Positions 49,015-59,455 of a DNA stretch of 64,000 bases are shown piece by piece (position 1 is the first letter of the stretch; each line of letters begins with the position of its first letter). The translations under genes were made by a program, and so were the position numbers. Under the pieces are notes generated by a model that was not told the origin of the DNA, did not search any database, and was given only the letters and a program-made list of their open reading frames with translations. The stretch is from Treponemataceae bacterium. Its GTDB lineage: Bacteria; Spirochaetota; Spirochaetia; Treponematales; Rectinemataceae. The stretch is from NCBI GenBank assembly GCA_963667725.2, contig CAXXHO010000003.1:1056001-1120000 (forward strand), written 5' to 3'.

Positions 49015-49686
49015 ATGGAACACTTTGTGATTCAGGCATTCAATAGAGAAAAATCGACGAAGGGACAGCTCAATCAATATAGGATTGACGGCAAGATTCC
49101 CGCTGTCGTATACGGCGGCGGCAAGTCAGCCAGCAATCTGCTGGTCAATGCTAAGGAATACGAAAAAGCCCTGAAGAGCATCACCGAAAGTACGATCATC
49201 ACCCTCGATATCGAAGGCAAGAAAATCAACGCTTTCGTGAAGGATCATCAGCGCCACGCGGTCGAGAAGTATGTGCTTCACATCGATTTCCTCGAAGTGC
49301 AGGAAGGCAAGAAGCTGCATGCTCGCGTCAGGCTGATTCTCAAGGGAACACCTGTCGGCGTTGTCGAAGGCGGCATCCTGGAGAACCCGGCTCACGATAT
49401 CGAAGTCGAGTGCGATCCCTCCGTACTGCCCGAGAGAATTGAAATCGACGTTTCCGGTCTGGGCGTCAACCACGCTTTCCATGTCCGCGATTTGACCCTG
49501 TCGCCCGAGGTTAAGGTGCTCACGAGCCCCGACCAGGTAATCGCCATCGTCAAGTACGCGCGCGAGGAAGTGGAAGAGAAGCCGGCCGAAGCCGCCGCCG
49601 AAGCAGTCGCGGGCGAAGCCGCAGCTGCCGCGCCGGAAGCCGCCGCAGCCACCGCAGCCGCTCCGGAGGCGAAGGCGAAGGCTTAA
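49015..49686 (+). CDS. rplY: 50S ribosomal protein L25/Ctc
   Basis: GKIPAVVYG, HIDF, GGIL, PERIEIDVS; Ala/Glu-rich tail. Confidence 0.95.
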   Translation: MEHFVIQAFNREKSTKGQLNQYRIDGKIPAVVYGGGKSASNLLVNAKEYEKALKSITESTIITLDIEGKKINAFVKDHQRHAVEKYVLHIDFLEVQEGKKLHARVRLILKGTPVGVVEGGILENPAHDIEVECDPSVLPERIEIDVSGLGVNHAFHVRDLTLSPEVKVLTSPDQVIAIVKYAREEVEEKPAEAAAEAVAGEAAAAAPEAAAATAAAPEAKAKA

Positions 49687-49715
49687 TTCGGGACTGTTTT
49701 CGCGAAAACAATTGC

Positions 49716-49750
49716 AGTTTTGCGGGACTTCCCGCAAAACTGTTTTTTTA
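49716..49750 (+). terminator. Intrinsic terminator after rplY
   Basis: CAGTTTTGCGGGA-ct-TCCCGCAAAACTG followed by a T tract. Confidence 0.75.
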
Positions 49751-49807
49751 TCCGAAAGCCTAAGGATATGCGGACGGAACATGAATGAATCCTGGGGTCT
49801 ACTATAG

Positions 49808-51250
49808 ATGAATGGAGGCAGAAAACCTGGTTTCTCACCGATGGACCGCTGTCTCGATACATTTTTTGCCGATCATCCCGATGCTATTGGCCAGGGGCTC
49901 ATTGTAGCGTATTCAGGCGGGGTCGATTCCGTTTCCCTGCTCAGCGCGCTTGCCTCAAGAGGCCTCAATTCCCTGCGCGCTGTCCATGTTATGCATAACT
50001 TAAGGTCGGCCGATGAGCTTCGAAGGGAAGGGGAAATTGTCCGCGAAACATGCCGCGAACTTCACCTTCCGCTCACTATAGCGACCGTCAAGCCGGGCGC
50101 GATCCAGAAGTTAGCCGATAAGAAAAAAATCGGGATAGAAGCCGCGGCGCGCGAAATAAGATACGGAATCCTGAAGCGCAGCGCCAAACGCTTTGGAATG
50201 AGCCTGATATGCACTGCCCACAATGCCGACGATCAGCTAGAAACCCTTATCAGCCGGTTTCTCAGCGCATCGAGCATCGACGGACTCGGGGGAATCCAGC
50301 CTCTTCGCGATATAGGCGACGGGCTTCTTCTTATCAGGCCGATTTTGTCTCTTTGCAGGAAAGACATCGAACAGTATGCCCTTTCCAAAAAGCTCGCCGT
50401 TTCCACCGATTCCACCAACGCGTCAGCTAGCTTTTCGCGCAACAGGATTCGCCACGCGATCATGCCGACGCTCGACCGCGAATTCCCGGGATGGAAAAAC
50501 GGGCTCCTCGGGACTTCCAGGAAACTGGCCGACGACAAGCTTGTTCTGGATGAAGTTCTCGGCAAGGCCCTCGATGCCTGCCATGTCGATACGGAAGGGA
50601 AAAAAGCCTCGATCGACCTCGGAATTTTTTCATCGGCGCCGGCTGCCATAAGGATAAGGATGCTGGCTCGGTGCATGCCCATTCTGGGCAGGGAAGGCCG
50701 CTTGTCCTGGAAGGCTTTACGATCAGCATCCGAATCGATAGCTCAGGGAGCTTCAGCCGCCGATGTCCCCGGGGCAAGAATATTCATCAGCGACGGAAGG
50801 CTGGAAATCGTGCCTGGGCTTGATTTTCATGGCGAAGACAAGTATTTTTTCGTGATATCTTCTGAAGGAATCTATCGCTGCGGCCCGACCGAGATTACCA
50901 TAGGCTGGGATGCCCCTGAAGCCGAAACCCAAGGTTCCGGCGGAAGGAAGGCAGAAAGCAAGGGATACTTGATCGAAGGATCCTTCGTTTTTCCATTGAT
51001 AGTGCGCTCAAGGAAAGCGGGAGACGTGATAAGGGCGGTGGAAGGCGAAAAGCGGCTGGACGATATTATGAAGTCCTGGCACCTGGACAAAGGGATCAGG
51101 GATATGATTCCCGTCATTGAGGACAGGGAAGGCATTGTGGCCGTCCTTCCTTCATCGCTTGAAGCGGCTCACTCGCACAACGAGAAATTCAGGAACTATG
51201 CAGGTCCGCAGAATGGCCGCAGGCTTTATATCAGGATTAAAGGAGCATAA
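49808..51250 (+). CDS. tilS: tRNA(Ile)-lysidine synthetase
   Basis: AYSGGVDS, EAAAREIRY, TAHNADDQLET, IRPIL, RNRIRH; exact start uncertain. Confidence 0.93.
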   Translation: MNGGRKPGFSPMDRCLDTFFADHPDAIGQGLIVAYSGGVDSVSLLSALASRGLNSLRAVHVMHNLRSADELRREGEIVRETCRELHLPLTIATVKPGAIQKLADKKKIGIEAAAREIRYGILKRSAKRFGMSLICTAHNADDQLETLISRFLSASSIDGLGGIQPLRDIGDGLLLIRPILSLCRKDIEQYALSKKLAVSTDSTNASASFSRNRIRHAIMPTLDREFPGWKNGLLGTSRKLADDKLVLDEVLGKALDACHVDTEGKKASIDLGIFSSAPAAIRIRMLARCMPILGREGRLSWKALRSASESIAQGASAADVPGARIFISDGRLEIVPGLDFHGEDKYFFVISSEGIYRCGPTEITIGWDAPEAETQGSGGRKAESKGYLIEGSFVFPLIVRSRKAGDVIRAVEGEKRLDDIMKSWHLDKGIRDMIPVIEDREGIVAVLPSSLEAAHSHNEKFRNYAGPQNGRRLYIRIKGA

Positions 51251-51255
51251 TTTCG

Positions 51256-53139
51256 ATGCTTGACGATAAGAAGAACGATGAAAATCCTAAACGCCCCGAA
51301 CTGCCCAAGGGGATTCCCCCGAGGGCCAACAAGGCCGCTCTCGCGGTTTTTCTTTCCTTGACGGTGCTTTTCGCGACTTTTTTCCTTTTCAACGACAAGT
51401 CGCCTTCGAAAGAAATTCCCTATTCAGCATTTCTTTCCTATCTGGATTTGGGGGAAGTGGATTCAGTTCAGATAGTGGACCAGAAGCAGATCGAGGGATC
51501 GCTGCGGAGCGCCGACGGCACGCAGGTGGCGTTCAGGACATCGATTCCTTACATCGACCTCCAGCTCCTCGCCCAGCTCAAGGATAAGAACGTCAAGGTG
51601 TCGGGAGCCGTCGGTAGTTCCAGCCCTCTACAGATATTATTTGAACTGGCGCCCTGGTTTTTCGGCTTCTTCCTTATCTGGATCATGATGAGGCAGATGC
51701 AGGGCAACAATAAGGCATTCCAGTTCGGCAAGAGCAGGGCCAAGCGCTATATTGAGCCAAGCAAGAAAATCACTTTCGACGATGTGGCCGGGCAGAAAGA
51801 AGCCAAATACGAACTCATGGAAGTCGTCGATTACCTGAAGAATCCGCAAAAATTCTCCAAGATGGGCGCCAAGATACCCAAGGGCGTCCTCCTCGTGGGC
51901 ATGCCCGGAACCGGTAAAACCCTCATAGCGAAAGCGACTGCGGGCGAAGCCAACGTGCCGTTCTTCCATATGTCGGGATCCGATTTCGTGGAGATGTTCG
52001 TCGGCGTCGGGGCAAGCAGGGTGAGGGACCTCTTTGAGCAGGGCAGAAAGAACGCTCCCTGCATTCTGTTCATCGATGAGCTGGACGCTGTAGGCAGGAC
52101 CAGGGGCGCCGGCTACGGCGGCGGCCATGATGAAAGGGAGCAGACCCTCAACCAAATGCTGGTGGAGATGGACGGTTTCGACACCAAAGACGGCGTCATC
52201 ATACTCGCGGCGACGAACAGGCCCGACGTGCTGGATCCGGCCCTTCTGAGACCGGGACGATTCGACCGCCAGGTGGTCGTCGCGATGCCCGACGTCAAGG
52301 AACGCGAAGCCATTATAAAGATTCATATGGCTGTCATTCCCGTCGATCCCAATGTCGATGTCCTGAGACTCGCGAAGGCCACTCCCGGCACTTCGGGCGC
52401 CGATTTGGCCAATATGGTCAACGAAGCTGCCCTGTTCGCCATCAGGAAGAACAAGACCACCGTTGAAATGGAAGACTTCGAAGACGCGAGGGACAAAGTC
52501 CTTATGGGCGTGGCGCGCAAGAGTCTTGTCATCGCCGAGGAAGAGAAGAAGGCGACGGCCGTGCATGAGTCAGGCCATGCCCTTCTGCATTATTTCCTAC
52601 CCAACGCCGATCCGCTGCATAAGGTGACGATCGTCCCGAGGGGCAGGGCGCTGGGACTCGCTTTATCCCTCCCCGAAAAAGACTCCTTTTCCCTCTCCCG
52701 CGGCTGGCTTTATGACAGGCTTGTCATAACCTACGGCGGCTACGCTGCTGAGCGGCTGATTTACGGCGAAACGACGACCGGCACGGCCCAGGACCTGCGG
52801 CAGGCAACCGATATGGCGCGCCGAATGGTCTGCGAATGGGGTATGGGCGAGAATTTGGACCCGATGGCTTATGGCCAGGAAGATGAGCCGATTTTTATCG
52901 GGAAAGAGATAGCGCGCCATAAGGATTATTCCGAGGAAACCGCGAGGAAGATTGATGAAGCCCTGAAGAATCTTCTCGGCAAAGCGCTGCAGCAGGCAAC
53001 CGACATTCTCACCAGGGAAAGGGTGAAGCTGGAAGCCTTGGCCGCGGAACTCATGCAGAAAGAAACCCTGGAGGATGCCGACGTGAGGACGCTCCTGGGC
53101 TTTGAGTCCAATCATAACGTACAGGTGACCGAAGCCTGA
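51256..53139 (+). CDS. ftsH: ATP-dependent zinc metalloprotease FtsH
   Basis: [29 protein letters not shown]. Confidence 0.97.
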   Translation: MLDDKKNDENPKRPELPKGIPPRANKAALAVFLSLTVLFATFFLFNDKSPSKEIPYSAFLSYLDLGEVDSVQIVDQKQIEGSLRSADGTQVAFRTSIPYIDLQLLAQLKDKNVKVSGAVGSSSPLQILFELAPWFFGFFLIWIMMRQMQGNNKAFQFGKSRAKRYIEPSKKITFDDVAGQKEAKYELMEVVDYLKNPQKFSKMGAKIPKGVLLVGMPGTGKTLIAKATAGEANVPFFHMSGSDFVEMFVGVGASRVRDLFEQGRKNAPCILFIDELDAVGRTRGAGYGGGHDEREQTLNQMLVEMDGFDTKDGVIILAATNRPDVLDPALLRPGRFDRQVVVAMPDVKEREAIIKIHMAVIPVDPNVDVLRLAKATPGTSGADLANMVNEAALFAIRKNKTTVEMEDFEDARDKVLMGVARKSLVIAEEEKKATAVHESGHALLHYFLPNADPLHKVTIVPRGRALGLALSLPEKDSFSLSRGWLYDRLVITYGGYAAERLIYGETTTGTAQDLRQATDMARRMVCEWGMGENLDPMAYGQEDEPIFIGKEIARHKDYSEETARKIDEALKNLLGKALQQATDILTRERVKLEALAAELMQKETLEDADVRTLLGFESNHNVQVTEA

Positions 53140-53150
53140 CAGGAGAAGGG

Positions 53151-55004
53151 ATGAGCCACGGGGCATCGCGGCATTTAGGCGCACTGCTGTTTTTTTTCCT
53201 GTTGGCAAGTTCATGCTCCAATCTTCCTGAGGTGGAGACGAAGTCAGTCGATTATTCTGTCCTCAAGCGGGATGAACTTTTGGCTTTAGCCGAAGTCGAC
53301 CAGGAATCATGCATCGAGGCGTTATCCGTGATTTCAGTATCGGAGAGCCAGGATGCCAGCCTGGATTATGAGAGTCAGGCGGATCTCGCGTCCTTTGCGA
53401 CAGAAAAACTTGCAGCGAGATTCAGCGCCGAGATGAATGAAGGCCGCTGGAAGTCCGCCGAAAAAAGCCTTGCTTCCCTCCAGGCCATCGAGTATATGGC
53501 TGACGGTGTTTTTCTCCAGGCATCCCTCATAGCTGGAGCCGCCCTTCCTCGGAATGCGGCAGCGAAGATTTATCTTGGCAAGGCCGAAGAATATGCGAGA
53601 AGGAACCTGTATTCTCCAGCCGCGGCCTATATCCATAAGGCCTTGGACGCGACTTCCTTTACGGGGGGCGATGCAACGATAGATCCTTCTCTCCTGGAAG
53701 CATGGTACGCGAAGGCGGCGAAGGCAGAAGACGGGGCTACCATGCGTCGCATACTCTCCTTTTTAGCGAAGGAGAGGGCTGATTACCTCATCCAGTCCAT
53801 TGGGATCGGCGCAATAAAGACGAAAATCGGAGAAATGGCCGACGGTGTCGTCACTGTCCATGTAGACAAAGGATTGAAGATCGAAAATGGCGTCGGGTAT
53901 CCGGAGAGGATCCTCGGCACCGCCTTTCAGGTCGAATCCAGCGGTTATTACATAACCAACTATCATGTCATATCCAGCGAAGTGGATCCCGCCTATAATG
54001 GATATTCCCGCCTCTCGATACGCCCGCCAAGCAATCCCGAAGCCAGGATTCCGGCGAAAGTCGTGGCCTGGAATGAAGATCTGGATTTGGCCGTTCTTAA
54101 AAGCCAGGAGATTTCTTCCCATACCTTTTATCCTTTCAAGCCTGAAAAAGCCTTCAAAGGGCAAAAAGTATATGCCATCGGGAGCCCCGTGGGGCTCGAG
54201 AACAGCGTTGCGGCCGGAATTGTCAGCGCGACGGGAAGGCGGATACTGCCGCGAGGCGAAGCCATTCAGATCGACGCCCCCATAAATCCCGGCAACTCTG
54301 GCGGGCCTCTGCTGGACGAGGATGGCGATCTGCTGGGGATCGTTTTTGCCGGCCTCTCCAATTTTCAAGGGCTGAATTTCGCCCTTCCCGTATCCTGGAT
54401 ATCCACCGTATTCCCTTCGCTTTTTGACGAAGGTAAGATCGAGACATCCTGGCTTGGCCTTGGAATCGCCAAGAATCTCGATGCAAGTCTCGATATTAGC
54501 TATGTCTTTCCGGGAAAGGGCGGGATCGAAGCCGGCGACAGCCTTCTCTCTCTCGACGGCAAGGCATGCGCCGACATACAGGAAGCCCAAATGCTGGCAG
54601 CCGGCAAACCAGTGGGCTCTCTATGCTCGGTACTCATCAAGAGAAGGGGCAAGCCTCTCCATATAGTTCGAAAAACTGAAGCCATGCCCGATATACCGTT
54701 CAAGAAAGCATCCCAGCGCGATACGGCCGAACGGATGCTGCAGGGAGCCACGGGGATGCTGTTGGATCACGTTTCCGGCCCTCGTGGCAATGGCGGAACC
54801 TATAAAGTAACCAAAACATGGCCAGGCATGATGGCCGATGAGTCGGGAATCGGCGAGGCCGATATCCTCAAGTTCCTCAGATATTCAGTCGATGGCCGAA
54901 AGAACGCGATTATCTTCGATGTCAGCGTGAAATCGCTAGGGTCAGGGTATCTGGAGCGCACGATGAGGATGGGGCTTTCTCTGGAAACGGACAACTTTCT
55001 ATAG
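53151..55004 (+). CDS. S1C (HtrA-like) serine protease lipoprotein with PDZ domain
   Basis: Lipobox-like LASSC; catalytic triad TNYHV/DLDLA/GNSGG; WLGL PDZ. Confidence 0.88.
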   Translation: MSHGASRHLGALLFFFLLASSCSNLPEVETKSVDYSVLKRDELLALAEVDQESCIEALSVISVSESQDASLDYESQADLASFATEKLAARFSAEMNEGRWKSAEKSLASLQAIEYMADGVFLQASLIAGAALPRNAAAKIYLGKAEEYARRNLYSPAAAYIHKALDATSFTGGDATIDPSLLEAWYAKAAKAEDGATMRRILSFLAKERADYLIQSIGIGAIKTKIGEMADGVVTVHVDKGLKIENGVGYPERILGTAFQVESSGYYITNYHVISSEVDPAYNGYSRLSIRPPSNPEARIPAKVVAWNEDLDLAVLKSQEISSHTFYPFKPEKAFKGQKVYAIGSPVGLENSVAAGIVSATGRRILPRGEAIQIDAPINPGNSGGPLLDEDGDLLGIVFAGLSNFQGLNFALPVSWISTVFPSLFDEGKIETSWLGLGIAKNLDASLDISYVFPGKGGIEAGDSLLSLDGKACADIQEAQMLAAGKPVGSLCSVLIKRRGKPLHIVRKTEAMPDIPFKKASQRDTAERMLQGATGMLLDHVSGPRGNGGTYKVTKTWPGMMADESGIGEADILKFLRYSVDGRKNAIIFDVSVKSLGSGYLERTMRMGLSLETDNFL

Positions 55005-55055
55005 TATCATTGCTTGAAACAGGGCAGAATCCAACTGCCGAGCGGGGTATTGTCG

Positions 55056-56948
55056 ATGTCCTTGATCGCGATAGTGGAACATGAGGCGCTGGTTGCCCTC
55101 GATATCGCTAAAACCCTCCAACGCGCCGGCTACGACATAGCTGGACCTTTTGCGGACGGACGGGAGTATCTGGAAGCCTTGGCGAAGAGCCGAGGGTACG
55201 ATCTCCTTCTCGTGGACCTCGCGCTCGAAGGTTCTGTTTCCGGAATGGAAGTCGCTCTCGATTCCAGGAAAAAAGCGGGCATACCTTGCGTTCTTGTCAC
55301 GGCTCTCCTGGATTCGGATATCTCGCCCGGGACAAAAGACGCCGAACCGCTTGGCATTCTCGTGAAGCCCTTTTCCGAGCGCGAGCTGCTGGGGACGACA
55401 GAAATAGCTCTTTTCCGCGCGGGAATGGAAAGACGGCTCTTCTGCAGCGAAAAACGCTATAGAAAACTCTTCGATCTTAGCCTATCGCCGCGCTGCATCG
55501 CCGACGCCGACGGAAAGATACTCGAGATGAATGAGTCATTCGCAAAAGTATTCTCCATTCCTGCCCCGGCGCCCGTGCTCTCTTCCCTTTTCAGGGGCAA
55601 GGGAGATTGGGATAGAGTGAGGAACTCGGTTCTGGGCGGAAAGACGATTCTGGGCGAAGAATTCCCAATGTCCGATACGGGGGGCAGACAATTATCCATT
55701 CTGGCATCCTTTTCCGCATTCGATGAATCGGGATCGGGCAAAACGCTGATATCCTCGGAATTCTTCGATCTGACCGAATCCCACAGACTTCAGGACGAAC
55801 TGCTACAGTCCCAGAAAATGGATGCTATGGGAAGGCTGGCCGGCGGCATCGCACACGACTTCAATAATATACTGACAGCCATCGTCGGACACGCGGAGAT
55901 GCTCAAACTGGATATCAAGCCGCAGGATGCCGCATACGAGGATGTAGAAGGAATCGTTAAAACAGCGAGCAGGGCAACCCAGCTCACGAGACAGCTCCTT
56001 GGTTTTTCCCGAAAACAGCCTTATTCTCCAAAACCCGTGGGACTTGTCTCCATCGTGAGGGAAGCAACCGGTCTATTGAGAAAGCTTGTCGGCGAATCCG
56101 TGCTTTTCTCGGTAATACTGCCGCCTTCCGACTTTATCGTATATGCTGATCCTATACAGCTTGAGCAGGCGCTTATCAATCTGGTGGTAAACGCGCGCGA
56201 TGCCCTGGAAGGTAAAGCCGGAGCAAAATTGAGCGTGCTCGTGGAAGAAAAAAAACTGACCGAAGCGACGCGGACGGGAACCTACCTACTTCCTCCCGGG
56301 AGTTATGCGACGATAGAAGTAGCGGACAACGGGAGCGGGATCTCCTCGGAACTCGTCGGGAAAATATTCGACCCCTTCTTCACGACGAAGGAAACCGGCA
56401 AAGGCACGGGACTTGGCTTGGCCATCGTTTCTTCCATCGCCGCCCAGACCAGGGGAGCGATCAGCCTGTGGAGCGAAGTCGGCAAGGGTACGACCTTTAC
56501 GCTTTGGCTGCCCGCGACCCTTGAAGAAGGCAAAAGCCAGCCCATAGGGATCAGCCATGCCTCGGAACAGGTAGTTGAGAGCCAGGATCTAACATTGCAG
56601 GGAAAACCGAACATACTGCTGGTGGATGACGATGAATCTCTGCTGGAATTCCTCTCATACACGCTTTCCAAGGCGGGGGCCTCCGTGATGTACGCGAGAA
56701 ACGCGGGGGAGGCCATCCTTCAGGCGGAGCAGAACGACTATGAAGTCCTCGTGGCTGAGATAAACTTGCCAGGCCTGGACGGATTGGATCTCTACTCGAG
56801 ACTTTCGGCGGGGAAACCTTTGCGCTGCGTTTTTATCTCAGGCCGGACCGGATCGAGCATAACCCTCCCCAAGGGAACGAGACTGCTCGAAAAGCCTTTT
56901 ACCCCTTGGGAATTCATCTCTGCCATACGCGAGGCGGCTTCCTCTTGA
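55056..56948 (+). CDS. Cytoplasmic hybrid histidine kinase (REC-PAS-HisKA-HATPase-REC)
   Basis: LAGGIAHDFNN, NLVVNARDA, DNGSG, FDPFFTTK, GTGLGL; receiver domains at both ends. Confidence 0.92.
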   Translation: MSLIAIVEHEALVALDIAKTLQRAGYDIAGPFADGREYLEALAKSRGYDLLLVDLALEGSVSGMEVALDSRKKAGIPCVLVTALLDSDISPGTKDAEPLGILVKPFSERELLGTTEIALFRAGMERRLFCSEKRYRKLFDLSLSPRCIADADGKILEMNESFAKVFSIPAPAPVLSSLFRGKGDWDRVRNSVLGGKTILGEEFPMSDTGGRQLSILASFSAFDESGSGKTLISSEFFDLTESHRLQDELLQSQKMDAMGRLAGGIAHDFNNILTAIVGHAEMLKLDIKPQDAAYEDVEGIVKTASRATQLTRQLLGFSRKQPYSPKPVGLVSIVREATGLLRKLVGESVLFSVILPPSDFIVYADPIQLEQALINLVVNARDALEGKAGAKLSVLVEEKKLTEATRTGTYLLPPGSYATIEVADNGSGISSELVGKIFDPFFTTKETGKGTGLGLAIVSSIAAQTRGAISLWSEVGKGTTFTLWLPATLEEGKSQPIGISHASEQVVESQDLTLQGKPNILLVDDDESLLEFLSYTLSKAGASVMYARNAGEAILQAEQNDYEVLVAEINLPGLDGLDLYSRLSAGKPLRCVFISGRTGSSITLPKGTRLLEKPFTPWEFISAIREAASS

Positions 56949-56954
56949 GCGGCG

Positions 56955-57668
56955 TCATGAAAGAATCTGTCGGTAAAGGCGTTCTTCCAGTTCGATAAGC
57001 TCCTTCGAAGCATAGCGACGGCTTTCCCGGGCGATGGGGACATCGAGCCTGTCCAGCAGCTTTGAGGGTCGGGAAGAGAGAACCAGTATCTGATCGGCCA
57101 GATAGAGCGCATCCTGAATGTCGTGCGTCACGAATATCGCCGTTCTTTTTTCCTCCCTCCATAGAAGGGAAAACAAATCCATCAATTCTATGCGCAGCTT
57201 GAGATCCACCGAGGAAAACGCCTCGTCGAGAAGAAGGATGTCGGAAGGGTAGGCGAAGGCGCGGGCAAGGGATAGTCTGCGTTTCATCCCCCCGGACAAG
57301 CCGAAGGGTTTCGCGTCCCCGAAATCTTCCAGCCCCGCGCTTTTAAGAAAACGCGCGGCTCTTTCCAGGACCACAGCCTTATCTTTCAGTCCCGAAAGCG
57401 CGAAGAGAAGGTTGTCCATGGAGGAGAGCCAGGGCAGAAGACGCGGTTCCTGAAAAGAATAGGAATAGCTTGCGAAGGGGAACCCTGTCAGGGAGCCTTC
57501 ATCCGGCTCAAGAATTCCGGCGATTATATTGAGGAGGGTCGTTTTGCCGCAACCAGACGGACCGAGAATAGCCGTTACCGAAGAAGAATTAAATGACGCA
57601 TCGATTCCCGCAAGGACTTCGAGCGGACCGAATCGTTTCTTTATTCCTTTCAGCTCGAAGGAGTTCAT
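56955..57668 (-). CDS. NitT/TauT-family ABC transporter ATP-binding protein
   Basis: GPSGCGKT, FQEPRLLPW, LSGGM, LLDE. Confidence 0.93.
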   Translation of the reverse strand: MNSFELKGIKKRFGPLEVLAGIDASFNSSSVTAILGPSGCGKTTLLNIIAGILEPDEGSLTGFPFASYSYSFQEPRLLPWLSSMDNLLFALSGLKDKAVVLERAARFLKSAGLEDFGDAKPFGLSGGMKRRLSLARAFAYPSDILLLDEAFSSVDLKLRIELMDLFSLLWREEKRTAIFVTHDIQDALYLADQILVLSSRPSKLLDRLDVPIARESRRYASKELIELEERLYRQILS

Positions 57669-58471
57669 TCCGCTTTTTCTCCTTGGGGAAGAGCAAAACG
57701 TTTCGCCACAAGGCCAAGGAGGAATTCGCTTATGCCGCAAAGGAATACCGTCACGACGGCCCAGGCCAGGACGGTTCCCGTTTCAAGCGAAAGCCTTGCG
57801 TCCTGAAGGCCAGTGCCGAGGGCGAAGACAGGCTGGCTCAGCACTTCTCCTGCCACTACGACTTTCCAGCAAAGACCCAGGGCATTCTTCGTCCCTGATA
57901 AAAAGTGACCGCGAGCGGCGGGAAGTTTCAATCTGAAGAACTGAACCAGTGGAGGGACCTTGAATACGTCGGCCATCTCGAGCAGTTCCCGATCGATGGA
58001 AACAATGCCCGCATAGGTGGAGGTGTGGATGATTGGGTAGGCCATGAGAAAGGCGGAGAAAATGGGCACGCCGGAGGAAGGCAGCCAAAACATGGCTATC
58101 AGGATGAGCGCTAATACTGGCGTTGCGCGTATCGTCGTCAAGAGGGGAGCCAGGAAGTCGTTAAACCAAGGATGTAATCCCGCCGCTGCTCCCGTTGCCG
58201 CTCCTATGAGGACAGAGAGAAAAAATGAGATGAGGACACGCTCGAGGGTGCCGAGAATGGCTTGCCACAGATGGGATGAGAAAAGAAGGGAGCCGAGATT
58301 CTGGGCTACTTCCTCAGGCCCCGGTAGTATGATCGAGGAGCCGATCGCGACGGAGATAAGTTTCCAGACGAGCAGCGCCGCGACGATACCAAGTAAACCA
58401 AAGCCCAGCCGGCGAGAAAGCCTTGCTCTTTCGCTTCGTTTTAGGGGCAATGGCAGCTTGGTCGTTCTCAT
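57665..58471 (-). CDS. NitT/TauT-family ABC permease
   Basis: ILPGP, PVLALI, ELLEMA, WKVVVAGE. Confidence 0.92.
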   Translation of the reverse strand: MRTTKLPLPLKRSERARLSRRLGFGLLGIVAALLVWKLISVAIGSSIILPGPEEVAQNLGSLLFSSHLWQAILGTLERVLISFFLSVLIGAATGAAAGLHPWFNDFLAPLLTTIRATPVLALILIAMFWLPSSGVPIFSAFLMAYPIIHTSTYAGIVSIDRELLEMADVFKVPPLVQFFRLKLPAARGHFLSGTKNALGLCWKVVVAGEVLSQPVFALGTGLQDARLSLETGTVLAWAVVTVFLCGISEFLLGLVAKRFALPQGEKAE

Positions 58472-58486
58472 CCGCTGAAGTCCCGC

Positions 58487-59455
58487 TCAGAGAGCGTAGA
58501 AATTCGCCCCGGGCAGCTTCCCGCCGACGGATTGGGGGTCCGAGGCGAGGAAAAGGGAGAGCAGCGCCTCGATGCTTGCCCTGGCTTCCAAAGCTGAGCT
58601 GTAGACATAGGCGGATTTGGGGATCGCAGCCTGAGCGATCGCCGCTTTCATGCCTAGGCCAAGTTCTTCCACGAGCTTGCCTGTGGCCGCGGGATCCTCA
58701 AGGGTCTTTTTTATGGAAGCTTCATAGGCCTCGGCGATGCGTTGAACAACCTCGGGATGAGCTTCGGTCAAGCGCCTCGAAACGACAAAAAGAGACATGG
58801 GGTAGCTCTCCAATCCCGTTCTCTCCTTCCAGAGCGCGTCGAGGTTTATTGGAGAGCTGATTGATTTATTAAGCATGATCGCTTGCGTGGCAAAGGGTTC
58901 GGGCAGTACGGCGCAGGAGATTCTGCCGGCCGCGAGCTGGGCAGCCATCTCCGGGCTCGCGAGATTAAAGAGGGCTGTAAAATCCCTGCCCGCTTCCATG
59001 GATTCTTTTTCGGCGAGAAAGCGGAAGAGATAATCCGGCGTTGCTTTTTGGCCCGCTATATAGACTTCCTTACCCTTAAGATCGGATAGATTCTTTATCG
59101 AAGGATCGATGGAGAGGAACTTGACCATGCCATTCCCGACTACGGCGAGGACTTTTACCGGTACGCCCGCGTTGAAAAGCTTCGCGGCGAGGTTCACGGG
59201 CAGCACGCCGCCCTGGATTTCGCCCGAAATAAGCTTGGCCGCGACAAGATCGGCGCTGGCCGCGGTTACGAACTGGAGATCGACGCCGGGAGATTGAGGC
59301 GGCTGCGCCATCATCCAGGCGCTTCCGATCCCTGACGGTCCTTTGAGAATGGATATAAGGATTTTTTCGGTAACCGGCTGGGCGAAAGCCCCAGCCGCGG
59401 ACGCGAACGTCAATGCCGCAGCCAACATACACGAGACTCCGCGAAACGATTTCAT
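58487..59455 (-). CDS. ABC transporter substrate-binding protein
   Basis: Signal peptide; KGPSG, DLKGK, ATPD, LPEPF. Confidence 0.9.
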   Translation of the reverse strand: MKSFRGVSCMLAAALTFASAAGAFAQPVTEKILISILKGPSGIGSAWMMAQPPQSPGVDLQFVTAASADLVAAKLISGEIQGGVLPVNLAAKLFNAGVPVKVLAVVGNGMVKFLSIDPSIKNLSDLKGKEVYIAGQKATPDYLFRFLAEKESMEAGRDFTALFNLASPEMAAQLAAGRISCAVLPEPFATQAIMLNKSISSPINLDALWKERTGLESYPMSLFVVSRRLTEAHPEVVQRIAEAYEASIKKTLEDPAATGKLVEELGLGMKAAIAQAAIPKSAYVYSSALEARASIEALLSLFLASDPQSVGGKLPGANFYAL

